Part shown: one piece after another, positions 49,811-62,000 of the stretch
Layout of the letters: each line of letters begins with the position of its first letter
Position numbering within the stretch: the first letter of the stretch is position 1
DNA from: Vicugna vicugna
Taxonomy: Eukaryota
NCBI GenBank assembly: GCA_013265495.1
Contig: MU058103.1
Coordinates: 310,001-372,000 of the forward strand
Direction: 5' to 3'
DNA length: 62,000 nt
Program-made: the position numbers and the translations under genes
Notes under the pieces: model-generated
What the model saw: the letters and a program-made list of their open reading frames with translations, nothing else
Told to the model about the DNA's origin: nothing
The model's database searches: none

Positions 49811-50419
49811 CATACTCTAATACTGATCAGGGGGACATTGTAGATGCTGATCAAAACATGTCTGGCCCTTCCTGACGCAGGACTGGAGGTGCATTCTCTA
49901 GATGTGTAGAATTGGTTTAAAATGCAACTGAATTCATCTACAAGGGAAATAAGGGCAATACTATTCTGCCACAATTGCAAAGTAACTTAAACTGGTGTAC
50001 ACAGAGTTGCTGATCTGTGTAAAATGATGCCCTGATGTTTCTAGCATTAGTGGGATAATGCAAAACTTTCAAAAGGCAATGCTAATGATGAAAAAGGTAA
50101 TAGGCAACCCCTTATGTGTCCCAAGGGATGACATTTATCAGAGAGAATATAAAGGGACATAAACCTAAGGTTAAAGCTGAAGTATTCAAGCCAGAGGGCT
50201 ATGTTGCCAAAAAAGATAGCTGACTTCATTGCAAACAGAGATCCATCAGGCAGAAAAATTAAGGGACATTTTACAAAGTGGGACTGCCGGAGAGCAACTG
50301 GCATTCACCTTGGTGTTTTATCCATGTCTTTCAACTTCCTGTCATTGGTGTTGGTGAAGGCCACTGAAAAAAGTTGCTGAGATGAGGAACTCTTCAGTAT
50401 TTGGATGGCACAAAATATA

Positions 50420-50600
50420 ACTGCAGAAGACATAGACTTTGTATCATGGCTCAGTCACTTTTTAATTGCTAGACCCTGGGAAATATTTTTTCTCCTTTTC
50501 TGAAACTCAGTTTTTCTCTGCAGTAAAATGGAATAATAAATAATACTTATTGACTTCATAGAGTTGTGCATCTCAAATGACTCTGTGTATGTAAACTTCT
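50420..50600 (+). mobile_element. MIR fragment (target of the following L1)
   Basis: tctgaaactcagtttttctctgcagtaaaatggaataataa..cttcatagagttgtg. Confidence 0.7.
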
Positions 50601-50605
50601 AAAAA

Positions 50606-51598
50606 AATTTTATTGGAATACAGTCAGTTACAATGTGTCAATTTCTGATGTGTGACACAATGTCGCAGTCATGCATATACATACATATATTTGTTTTCAT
50701 ATTCTTTTTCATTAAAGGTTATTACAAGATACTGAATATAGTTCCCTGTGCTATACAGAAGAAACTTGTTTCTTAAAATCTATTTTTATATATAGTGGCT
50801 AACATTTGCAAATCTCAAACTCCCAAATTTATTCCTTCCCACTCCCCTTTCCCCCAGTTACCATAAGTTTGTTTACTGTGTCTGCGAGTCTGTTTCTGTT
50901 TTGTAGATAACTTCACTAGTGTTCTCTTTTTTTCTTTTTTTTTTCAGATTCCACATATGAATGCTATCATATGGTATTTTTCTTTCTCTTTCTGGCTTAC
51001 TTTACTTAGAATGACGATCTCTAGGTCCATCCATTTTGCTGCATATGGCATTTATTTTATTCTTTTTTATGGCTGAGTAGTATTCCATTATATAAATATA
51101 TCACAACTTCTTTATCCAGTCATCTGTCAATGGACATTTAGGTTGTTTCCATGCCTTGGCTATTGCATATAGTACTGCTATGAACATTGGGGCACCTGTA
51201 TCTTTTTGATTTAGAGTTCCCTTTGGATATATAACTAGAAGTGGGATTGCTAGATCATATGGTAAGTCTATTTTTAGTTTTTTAAGGAATCTCCATCCTG
51301 TTTTCCATAATGGCTGCACCAAACTACATTCCCACCAACAGTATAGGAGAGTTCCTTTTTCTTCACACCCCCTCCAGCCTTTGTTGTTCGTGAATATTTG
51401 AATGATGGCCATTTTGACTGGTGTGAGATGATACCTCATTGTAGTTTTGATTTGCATTTCTCTGATAATTAATGATATTGAGCATTTTTTCATGTGCCTA
51501 TTGGCCATTTGTATATCTTCATTGGAGAATTGTTTGTTTAGGTCTTCTGCCCATTTTTGGATTGGGTTTTTTTTTTTTTTTAAGTCATATGAGCTGTT
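50606..51598 (-). mobile_element. Young 5'-truncated L1 (~1 kb): ORF2 C-terminal domain plus 3' UTR
   Basis: ORF 51101-51607(-) is the L1 ORF2 C-terminus ([54 protein letters not shown]); probable TSD TGTATGTAAACTT 50586-50598 / TGTATATAAACTT 51620-51632. Confidence 0.95.
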
Positions 51599-52049
51599 CA
51601 TGCTCACAATTACCTGCTATGTATATAAACTTATACCACTCTACCCAACAGATCATAGACTTATACACTGACAAGAGGCAAGTTGTCTGGCTAAAGCAGT
51701 GCTCATGAGGTTTACAGAGGCTTTGAGGTTTCCAGATTTGAAAATCTTTCTTTTTCAATGTCAATAAAACCACTGGGGTTACCATGCAGCTACATTTCTC
51801 TCAAATATTTCTTCTATCTCTTACTGTATTTATTATAAAAGGGGCCACTGAGCATAATAACCCTACATTAAGGCTGTTCTGCTCTTTTGTTTGAAGTTGA
51901 CAGCTTCTCTCTAAGAATATACTCTCTTTTCTCTTATAGTCATTGTAGGGGATGACCCAGCTTAGTACCAGGGATACCTTGGGGATAACATTTCTAATTA
52001 AACCCCTGATATTCTTCCATGGATTAAAAACAAAACAAAACAGAACAAA

Positions 52050-53010
52050 AATAATCATATGGGGACAACTGATTCTTTGGGCATAAATAGATCTCTACTT
52101 AACAGCATACGACAATAACTGCATAATTTAGAATATCAGCTATATACTAAAAGGAAACATAGATGTGTTCCCTTTTAAATTATTAATTTCAAGGACATCA
52201 CCTATAAAATTGAAAGACAAACTAGCAGTAAGTGCCATATATATGCAGTGTTTTCATCTTATATAAAAGGCTTTTACAGATCAATGGAAAAATAGTCACC
52301 CCAACAGAAATACAGTCAAGGAAATTGAATAAGCATAAAAAAGTAATACATTGAAATAATAAACTTGTGAACATACACAAAATCACCAATAATCAAATTA
52401 GTTTAAAGAAAAGCAGAAGTAAGATAGCCACATTTTTCCCTCAAATTGGAGACTAATTTTAAGTGATGACATCCAGTATTGTTTGTGATTTAGAGAGTAA
52501 GCATGTCCATTCATTACTAGTAGGAGTGTAGTTGATTACAGCCACTTGGAGGACATTTGCCAATGTGTATCTGAAACTTTTATTCATACAATTTAGTAAT
52601 TTATGATTAAATAAATAATTCATAACATATGTAAGACTCAAAACAAGGATATTGCTATGATCATTATAGGAAAATTTGCAAAATCATTAATCTGCATACA
52701 TTGGAGACTTGTATAAATATCCTATAATACATTTTAGTGTGTAATACTGTACAGTTTTCAATAAGTATGTTACTACAGGACCATATCATGACAAAATATT
52801 CAAATTATTATATTAGGCAATAACAGTTTATAAAACAATATTATTATTAACTTAAAATACACATACATTGACAAGAAGTAAAAATTAGTGAGAGTAGATA
52901 CAATAAAAATACATTAAATATATTGTTTTCTGCAATTTTATTATGTTTATTTTTCCATATTTTCCAAACTTTAATGATATTTATGGTTTATGTTGTAGTT
53001 ATAAAAAAAC
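52050..53010 (+). mobile_element. Old L1 (L1ME-like) 3' region
   Basis: gacatccagtattg..cattactagtaggagtgtagttgattacagccacttggaggacatttgccaat. Confidence 0.65.
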
Positions 53011-54522
53011 AACTTAAAGTATATCCTTTGCATTTAAAAACCTATCCTAGTTACTAGAACATAACTGGTTGTGTAAGTAACACTGTGTGTACTTGCTGTT
53101 CAACAGAGGAAGCCCCTGTACCACTCGGTTTCCTTGGGAAGAGGGCTGACGGGACCTGTCAGTCCACCAGTGCAGTACTTGGCTTCAGAAATCACCTAGA
53201 AACACTTGTGAATTCTAGGTATTATCTTTTGTTTGTAATTTACTCAGATTACACATCAGTGGGGAAATAATTGGCTATTTAGTTAATCATTCTTAGGCAG
53301 CTGGCTGCTTCTGGTTCTGTTTGGAGCCCAGAACATGCTCATATCCCAATGCTCAGGTTTCTGGGTAATGTGGGCTGCAGTTATATTGTGCTTGTAGGCC
53401 ATGAAGCTTTGCTTTGAGTTCCCCATATAGGACAGTGTTGGATGATTTTATTAATTCTGAGTGTTTTTATGGGGCCATATAGTTGTATTCCCCAGCTGGA
53501 TGAGGTGGGAATGGGTTGGGATTGATTATTATGAAAATTGACCAGAAGCTCATTTATCTTCCCCTGTAGAATACGTACATTTACAAAGTAGCTGGAAAGT
53601 AGAAAATAATTGCATTCTATTACAAAGTCAATGTCTTTGATCTAATAAGGGTTATAGGAGCCCCTGTTTGTATTAGTATTAAGTCAGAATATCATTGTGA
53701 GTGATAATAGTAAACAAAAAGTCTAGAAAGGTCAGGAGCATCATTTTGGTAGTACAATGAATGATTCATTGTCTGGAGCTAGAATGCCTCCTAGTGAATA
53801 GCCTTTATACCCTCAACATACAATATCATGGTGAGTATGTCCCGAAGGTAATGTATGTTTGCAAATAACCCTCAATATATATCTAAACCTTCTCCCTAAC
53901 AAAGGGAAGCCTGAAGCGGTAGATTAAGAGCAGAACAACACACCCTGTATCTCCATGTACCGAGTGATACTGAGAGCCAAGTAGACAATGCAAGGAAGGT
54001 TTCAGTTTGAAGTAGCATTATACAAAGATAAAAGGATACATCTGTGCACATAGAATGGCAAGAAGATCAAAGCAAGAATAGCAGGATCTGAGAGATGAGG
54101 GTATTGCAACATTTGTTTCATATAGAACATACTGGGCTTTGGGCAAGACATGGAGATATATGGGAAGAATATCAAGAGATCCCAGATGATACAATGTGTA
54201 TCTTAAGGGAGACAGGGAAGTCAACTGATTAGATGGAGAGATTCTGCTTTGAATACTTGATTTATGAATTACAAATAAAGGGTATATAAGTTTTCTTGAG
54301 ACCTCTTTATTAGGTGTTGAGCTAGGGGATTTTAGGATAATGCAATAATAATATAGGGTTTGCCTCAACAAGAGGGAAGGCAGGTAACAATGGAATATCA
54401 AAACAAAGCGCAGGGAACACAGTAATGATATTCAAGGGTGCTAATAAATTTGAGATGAACCAATATTACTTTCTAAAACAAAATCAAGAGGGGCTCTGTT
54501 AAACAGCACCAGCAATGGACAA

Positions 54523-54557
54523 TCACAGGCTGAAGAGAACTCACAGGCTGAAGAGAA
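54523..54557 (+). repeat. Tandem duplication of TCACAGGCTGAAGAGAA (period 18)
   Basis: Copies at 54523-54539 and 54541-54557. Confidence 0.9.
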
Positions 54558-54619
54558 AGGCCCAGTCAGGCATCCGGGATGTATAACATGGATTAATATA
54601 GTATGGTATGTATAGATTA

Positions 54620-55545
54620 ATAAACATTAATAATCATTCATTAAGACACTGGTTTTTATGCTGGGAATAGAGCAGTGTAAAAAAGTAAAACTAGAGAGAG
54701 ACAATTTCCTTCCCATCACGTATTAATGAATTAGATAATTACATGTGTTAAAGAGAAAGACAAAGCTAGTCAAAGTATATAGGGTGAGTGCAGGTGGGTC
54801 CTGCATTTTGAATGTGGTAGCCTTAGAAGATTTTACCAGAGGTGGTATTTGAGTCAAAGCCAAAGGAGATGAGGAAGACATGTCAGTATCTCAGGAAACA
54901 TTTTAGTTAGAGGGAACAGGAACAGCACATTCTTCAAACAGGAGTAGGTCTGTTGTTTTTGATCGACAACAAGGAGTTTGATGTGATTGTGGCAGAATAA
55001 GCAAGGAAAAGGGCAACTGGAAATGAAGCCTGAGAGTCAGAGGGGTGAAGCAGGTAACACAAGTCCCTCTGAGAAGTCTGGCTGTTACTCTGAACGAGCT
55101 GGGAGTTCACTGTCCCAGCAGAGACGTGACGTGACCTGACAGAAGAGCTCTGACTGCTGTACTTAAAACCAGCGACTGGGAGTGGGGACAAAGGCAGAGG
55201 CAAGGAGATCTAGCAAGGTTATTATAAGAATCCAAGTAAGAGAAATGGTTGCTTGGAGCAGGAGGTTAACAGCAGAGGTGTGAGGGAGTGGTCTGATTCA
55301 CAAGAGTACTGTCCATGTAACAGCAAGACCTGAGAGGACTGACGGCATAATTGGTTGTAGAACCTAATGGACAAAAGGAATCAAAAATGATTCCATGACT
55401 TGGTGCCTGAGTAACTGAAAGAATGAAGTAGTTTTTTTCACTAGGATGGGAAATGAAGGCATGGGGGAAGACAGGTATGTATGAAATAGATGTTTTTTGA
55501 GGCATGCTAAACATAAAATATCTAAGAGTAGTTGTTGCATAGGTA
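54620..55545 (-). mobile_element. L2 LINE fragment
   Basis: agagggaacaggaacagca..aatccaagtaagagaaatggttgcttgga..gaatcaaaaatgattcca..gcctgagtaactgaaagaatg. Confidence 0.75.
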
Positions 55546-55689
55546 GTAAGCTATCATAACGGAAGACTCACCAATAAAACCTGTTTATCAAGCAAAGATG
55601 AGTTCTTTTAAACAATACTGTAGGAAGTGAGAACACCACTTAAGCAAGATCTTACTACTGTCTCAAAATGAGGACATTAGGAAGGGCAT

Positions 55690-56390
55690 TTTTTGTTTGT
55701 TTTTATTATTATTATTTTTTAATTGAAGTGTAGTCAGTTACTTCATCTCGCATAACTGAAACTTTGTACCTTTTGAGCAACAAAGAAGCATCATTACCTC
55801 TTCCCTCAAGTTCCTGGCCACCACTGTCTTACTCTGCTTTGATGAATTTGACTCTTTTAGATTCCACATATAAGTAAGACCATGCATCATTTCTCTTTCC
55901 ATGCCTTGCTTATTTCCCTTAGCATAATGTGCCCCAGCTCCCTCCATGTTGTGATAAATGTCAGGATTCTCTTCTTTTTCAGACTGATAATTTTCTCTTT
56001 TGTACACGTATCTCTCACATTTTCCTTAATCAATCATCTGTCAAAGAACATTTGGGTTGCTTTCATGTCTTGTCTATTGTTAATAATGCTGCCACAAACA
56101 TGGGAGTACAGATACCTCTTCAGGATCCTGATCTCCATTCCTTTGGATGTATACCCACAAGTGAGATTGCTAGGCCATACAGTGGTTCTACTTATAGTTT
56201 TTTAAGGAGACGTCATGCAGATTTTCATAGTGGCTGCACTAATTTACCTTCCCACCAACAGTATATAAGCATTCCCTTTTCTCCACATCCTCACCAACAC
56301 TTACTATATTTTGTCTTTTTGACAACAGACATTCTAGCAGGTGTGAGGTGATATCTCATTGTGCTTTTGATTTGCATTTCCGTGATATTT
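55690..56390 (-). mobile_element. L1 3' region (older L1MA body joined to a young-type tail)
   Basis: tttagattccacatataagtaagaccatgc..ggctgcactaatttaccttcccaccaacagt..gtgtgaggtgatatctcattgt. Confidence 0.9.
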
Positions 56391-56709
56391 AGAACTGGCA
56401 GGCAGAAAGCTGGCTACTTAATGCAATTTTAAGAATCCCTAAGAATCCTTAGTTTAAGGTCGTCAGTTGGAACAGTCTTTTGGTGATTAAAGATTGACTT
56501 ACATATATTTTTTTTTAATATTTGAGACACATAGATCCAAGAATAAGCACTCTGGGGTTCTAATACCGAATAAGATGTTAACAGTACCTGGAAGATCCTT
56601 TCCATTTAAGCTCTATGTTAATCTTTCTCTGAGGTCTTTTATAAAAGATGAAGTCTCTGTGTTTAAAATTGTGAAGAGTTGTTTTTTGTTTGTCTTTTTG
56701 TTTGTTTTT

Positions 56710-57030
56710 AGACACTTTCTGTCTCTATGGATTCCCCTATTCTAGATATTTCATATAAATGGAGTCATGCAATATATGACCTTTTATGTCTAGCTTCTTT
56801 CACTTTGCATAATTTTTTGAGGTTCATGCACATCGTAGCACATGTCAGAATTTCATTCCTTTTATGGCTGAATAATTTTCCATTGTTAGGACATACCACA
56901 TTTTGCTATCTGTTCATCCATTGATGAACATTGGGTTGTTTCCATCTTTTGACTATTGAATATATCCTGCTGTGAGCTCTCATGTGCAAGTATTTATATA
57001 AATATCTGTTTGTAATTATTTTGGCTGTAT
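56710..57030 (-). mobile_element. L1MB-type 3' fragment
   Basis: ctttctgtctctatggattcccctattctagatatttcatataaatggagtcatgcaatat. Confidence 0.85.
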
Positions 57031-58429
57031 ATTTATTCATTTAAGCTTGCTAATTTTTTCCCTTTTTGTCTTACTTGAATATTGAATGTGATATGGACAG
57101 ATAAGAGGAGGTATCTTGCAAAACTACCTAACGACAACTTTAGTAAAGTAAGTGCTTCCATCATTAGATAGCTTGGACCTGGGTAGGAAAACACAGCAGG
57201 CAATTGTTTTTCTTTGTTGTACTGTTAAAGCTGTGGCTTTCCAACAAAGAAAAACTTTGCTCTGTCTTGAGCATATATACACAATAGCCTAAACAAATCC
57301 ATGGTCTATCTGGGGAAACTGTATAAAACCAAAGTGCCATCAAAATTTTGGCTCCAGTCCATGCATCACCTTCAAACTCTGTCCATATTGTGTTACAGGC
57401 AAGTAGAACATGTACTCGGTACCTTTTGGATGCATATTTAAAGTTTCCCTATTAATTGCTTTATGATCACATCCAGTTTATCTACACTATTGTAGTAAGA
57501 TGGACAGAAGAGCTGTGGCTAATATGTCACCTTAACTGGTAGTATCAGAATAGAAGAGAGTGAAATCCTCTCTTGTACAACATAGAATTAATTGATAAGG
57601 ATGCAGTTAATGATTAGTGGGAGTAAGAATGTAATAGTAAGAACATTGCAACCTCCAAAGCCTTTTGGTTTATTCTGTAAATTATGCTGCTTGTCTTGGT
57701 TGACAAGAGTGATGGAACCTAGAAACAAGATCAATTTAGAAACATTTATTTTGCCAGACTTTATACTTAAGCATGATTATCTTTCTTTCAACATAAGAAA
57801 TAACCATTGGATAATATTTATATTAATATATTTTACTTACATATAAGTTACCTAGGAAAACTGAATTGTTCTGTTGATTTGTCAGGTCTTTCTTTATTCT
57901 AAGTTGGTAAATAAAAAGATCCCTCACAAGAATTTTTAAAAAATAAAAATTTGGAGAATAGCAAAGAAACCCTCATTATTCCTATTGTCATTTTTTAAAC
58001 GAGTAAAAAGGAAAATTTGTACTACCAAAAAAAGTTTAGGTATAAAAGACATCTAACCACTTTATTATTCTGAATTTGGCATTAGAAACATGTGTTTGTC
58101 AAAGGAGAAAAGGCATGAACATGCCAGTAGTATCCAAAGGCAAGATACAGTTACAGGAAATATTTTGAAAATACACAGTATTGAGAAACCATGATCATTA
58201 GGAATTTTTAACTTTTTTCATAAGTAAGTATTTTTATTGTTAGAATGATTCAGAACTATGCCAGAAGTACAGAAATATCACATAACATAGTGAGAGATAT
58301 TTCTACAATTTAAGCATTGATTAATCATTTTGCAAAAAAAAAATCTAATTTTATTTCACTTGACTGCCATCTATTTAACAATATCCAACAAAAATTTATT
58401 AGTATATTTTTATATGTATATATTCAGAT

Positions 58430-58800
58430 TGCTATGGATTGAATTGTGTCCCGCCAAATTACATATAGTGGAATCCTAACTCCCAGTGTAACCGTATTTG
58501 GAATAAGAAAGTAATTAAGGGTAATTAAGGTGGTGCCCTAATCTGATACGAGTAGCAACCTTATAAGAAGAGACATCCAGAGAACTTGCTTTCTCTCTCC
58601 ACCGTGAAAGCACTGTGAATATACAGCAAGAGGGCAGCTATCTGCAAGCCATGCAAAGAGCACTCAACTGAAATGGTACCCATCGAGAACCTCCGTCTTG
58701 AATTTTCTAGCCTCCAGAACCATGAGAAAATAAATTTCTCTTGTTTAAGCCATGCAATCTGTGGTATTTTGTTATGGCAGCTTAATCAAATGAATATACA
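58430..58800 (+). mobile_element. MaLR MLT1A/B-type solo LTR
   Basis: TGCTATGGATTGAATTGTGTCCC..CTAGCCTCCAGAACCATGAGAAAATAAATTTCTCTTGTTTAAGCCA..GGTATTTTGTTATGGCAGC..ATACA. Confidence 0.9.
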
Positions 58801-60059
58801 CACACACATGTATATGTACACATTCACACATTCAGATGGCATATTTAAAGTTTCCAATTAAAATAAAATTAAATTAATTTTATCAGCATATGAAATAAAA
58901 CAGCACATATATTATATTGGATTTACCATCTTAATAATAAACCATAATAATAAGCTTGATAAACAAGTGGACAGATTGTATTCACTATTTTGTACTTTTG
59001 GTAACTGTTCTATAGAGTTTGATTTAATCATTTGTATAAATTACCACCTTTAGATCATGAAAAATCAACTGAACTATTACACTAACTAAAATATACCTAA
59101 CCCAATTTTTTATATGTTGATTTGTAAACTAAATTAAATCATTCTAATTGGTTCAAGATTCATTCACTGTCAGGAAAATAACATGAACTCTTAAATATAG
59201 CTTGTAAATTTATGTATTCATAAATCAAATTAAAAAAAAATCTTGAAATAATATCCAAAACTCTAAGTATTCAGCTTTACTTCTTATCCAGTAGCTAGAA
59301 AAAAGGTCATTATTCAAACTCATAGTTAAAACATTTTCTTCCCAGTTACCATTTTGGGGTATAAAATTATCACTCTAAAAATGAGTTACCAAAAATGTGA
59401 GTTGGCTACAGGCACAAAAAAAAATGATTGAAAACTAAAAAAAAAAAAAAAATCACTCTAAAAGGTGGGTTTTCTTCCTTCTGCAGGGAAAAGAGAAGAG
59501 TAAATGTAGGAAAATACATCTTAACACACATACCCAAGAGGGAGAAAATTTCTACAACTAGTTTAAGTAATAACTCAGTCCCTTGATTATTCCATTAAGT
59601 CATTCAGTCAACAAGCTGATACTTATTAATCCCTGAAGTATGGAAATGCAGGAGGGTGGTCTCATGTATTATGCAAAGTAATCTTTCTTTTGGGCAGATA
59701 AGATAGTGAATCTCTTTATAAGATTTTTTTCCCCCTTTTTAAATTTCCCTTTTTTGTTATTGTTCTCAAGTATATCTCCAGTGAAGAGTCTCATTCATGT
59801 CAAATTTTTCTAAAAATGTCCACTGAAATTCCAAATTGTCCTTCATGTAGTTATGCCAGCTAGGGAAATATAAAAAAAAAAATTAAAACTTGAACAAAGC
59901 AGGTATTTTGACTGAAGGGAATGCAGATGACATAGCCTGAGCAGACCCCATGTGGACTGAACCTGTGTCTCCAGAGTTAGGGAAAAGACAAATTGTCACT
60001 GACTACTGGGCTTAGGTCTTATTTACCTCTATATCTTCAGCATCTGCCCTGCTTACCAT

Positions 60060-62000
60060 ATGACTTTTAATTTATAGATAAGAGAAATACAAAAAAAGCA
60101 TACACAAACACTTCTTAATAACCTTGGACCAGAACTGACACACATCACTTTTGCTTATAATCCCTTTGCAAGTAGTTGATAGCCTTGCATTTATGCAGGC
60201 ATGTGCTAGAAAATACAATTCTTGACTGAACAGCTGTTTATTTAAAAATAAATCTGTCCTTTATGGAAGAGAATATAGATCTTTGGTGCACAGTTTGTCA
60301 TCTCTACTAAGATCTGTCCCTCTGGTCATGAAATTTCCTTGGGAACTCTTCTTCCCAAGCATGAAACATATTCACTACCCATCTCTTGCTCCCTCCACAA
60401 AGGAGAAAATCTCAAATTCCATACAGATACTATACTTATCTCATAGACTAAATATCTAGATAATCACCATACTCTCCATCAAATCAGATATAACTCTTCA
60501 TTATTTTTAAAACTATACATTTTAAGACAGGTTGTCCGTTTATCACCCAATGAACCATGCAGAAAATAGGGATGGCATACTAAATTTAAACTCTTATTTG
60601 GAAATGAAAGAGTAACAGACACATAGCAGTCACTAGTCTATAGCAATGATGAGATCCTCCTGGAGTGGCACCCTAAGGAACCTGGTCCTGTGGTTGGAAG
60701 AATTTCTCGATTCGATTGTTACACTGCTCCTTGGGAGGAATTGTTTTACCTATTGTCCTTAATTGTTCCTGGGTTCACCATCTTGAAATCTCTTCCTCTT
60801 ATTTTTCGTGGCATATCTGAAATTTTGACAGCCTTCTCTATGACCATACAAGTTTAAAGGGCCCAGGGTTATTTTTAAAATTGAATGTCTGAAGACATTT
60901 TAAAACTGGGCTATGGTTTCTTTAGCAACACAATTTCCTCAGAAATTTAGAATATTTTCAACTATGTGTTTGTAGTCAATTCCATGGATGAGTAATCACA
61001 TCTAAAATGGTCTCCTAGACACATTTCTTAAATCTACTTTATTTCTTGACTTTCTCATCCACATCCTATCTTGAAACCACCTAAAACAGTGGGCTTAAGT
61101 GGGATGTACCATTCTTAATGTGGTATTTTCAACAGGGCTGAAGTACTTTATTTAGTTTGAGAAGATTTAGTGGTTCTTTGATGAACAAAGTCTTTGACAA
61201 CGTTATATCCTGCTATTTGCAGGATCCAAAGCAGTAAACTTTTCCAATCTGTAATGCCCTTAATCTCTAGACTGTCTCTAATTCCTTGTTCTCTGTTTGA
61301 AAATCTTCCAGTCTTTGCTTGAGTTCATTTCTTTTCTAGAGTACTTTGGAGAGCCAGTAGTAGCCACACACTCCAACATTGTGGCTCAATCTAAGCATTT
61401 TCCCTAAGAAGATAGGACCTGCAGGCACATTGTTCTACTAAATATTTTGTTACATTGAAACAGAGCTGTACATCTTTCCAGACTACTTTGTCTATTTCCT
61501 TGGTGCCCACCGCCCAGCCAGTAAGCCAACATCATGTTCTTGAGGTTCTTGAATAGCACCAAGTCTCAAGTGACAGGCTGCTCAGAGTAATGAAAACTGT
61601 GAGTATAATCTCCAAGTTTCAGGGGCTTAACAGAATATGTTATCTATCTAATTTAAGTGTTCCTGGAAGGCTATAGGGCTCTGCTCTATGCAATCATTCA
61701 GTGAGCCAAAATGGTGGCAGCTGTAATAACTTTCAGATAGTGGTTTTGAAGGTTGACAATGACAGTGGTAGGCTGATAGAGACAGAGAGAAGAGATAGAG
61801 AGAAGATCATATCTGCTTCTTAAACATGTAGGCCTGGAAGTGATACATGTCACATCCAGTTAGTAAGTGATTGTAATGTTCATCTAACCCTACCTCGATG
61901 TAAGGGGACTGGGACCTATGGTTCTTGTTTGGGCAGTTAAATCCCAGAGTATATCTACATTATAGAAAAGGAGCATACATTTTTGGGGTCAGTTAGCCAA
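60060..62000 (-). mobile_element. Old MaLR provirus remnant: LTR (to ~60310), internal region, second LTR (~61575 to window end)
   Basis: Two similar LTR ends (..tatggaagagaatatagatctttggtgcacagtt.. / ..tatagaaaaggagcatacatttttggggtcagttagcca) flank ~1.25 kb that begins tctgtccctctggtcat. Confidence 0.6.

Noticed and set aside
51101..51607. 168-aa ORF, the longest in the window, as a host gene
   Set aside because: It is the L1 ORF2 C-terminus inside a 5'-truncated element, with no promoter, EN or RT domain.
6866..54856. Scattered AP-1 (TGAGTCA/TGACTCA) sites as a pattern
   Set aside because: About a dozen dispersed hits is not clearly above chance for a 7-mer on two strands of this length.
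55738..56924. Overlapping 65-140 aa ORFs
   Set aside because: Mostly frames across L1 3' sequence; the remainder resembles no protein I know.
1..62000. CpG-island promoter, prokaryotic or phage system, NUMT or processed pseudogene
   Set aside because: No CpG island, no operon-like ORF density, and no mitochondrial or recognisable mRNA-derived sequence seen by eye. Small internal exons of a long gene cannot be excluded without alignment.

Overview
AT-rich, CpG-depleted mammalian genomic DNA, mostly non-coding. I can support no intact cellular protein-coding gene. The recognisable ORFs in the track are LINE-1 ORF2 remnants; the rest are microsatellite read-through or chance. Much of the window is interspersed repeat: L1 of several ages, L2, MIR, MaLR/ERV LTRs, hAT and Tigger MITEs. 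Two tRNA-Ala(AGC)-derived SINEs and the style of the young L1 3' ends point to a camelid genome (inference). The first ~1 kb looks like the terminal exon/3' UTR of an unidentified gene. The most notable structures are: (1) an exact 61-bp duplication 2,073 bp apart (36860-36920 / 38933-38993), with microhomology junctions, that copies a tandem E-box pair inside an E-box/HRE-rich candidate enhancer zone; (2) a twin-primed, 5'-inverted L1 carrying a nested solo LTR (44117-46365); (3) interleaved inverted repeats at 2701-2760; (4) a short poly(A)-tailed segment between 12-bp direct repeats at 59369-59463. I see no evidence for a new gene system. Repeat family names come from recalled consensus motifs, not a database search, and most repeat boundaries are approximate.
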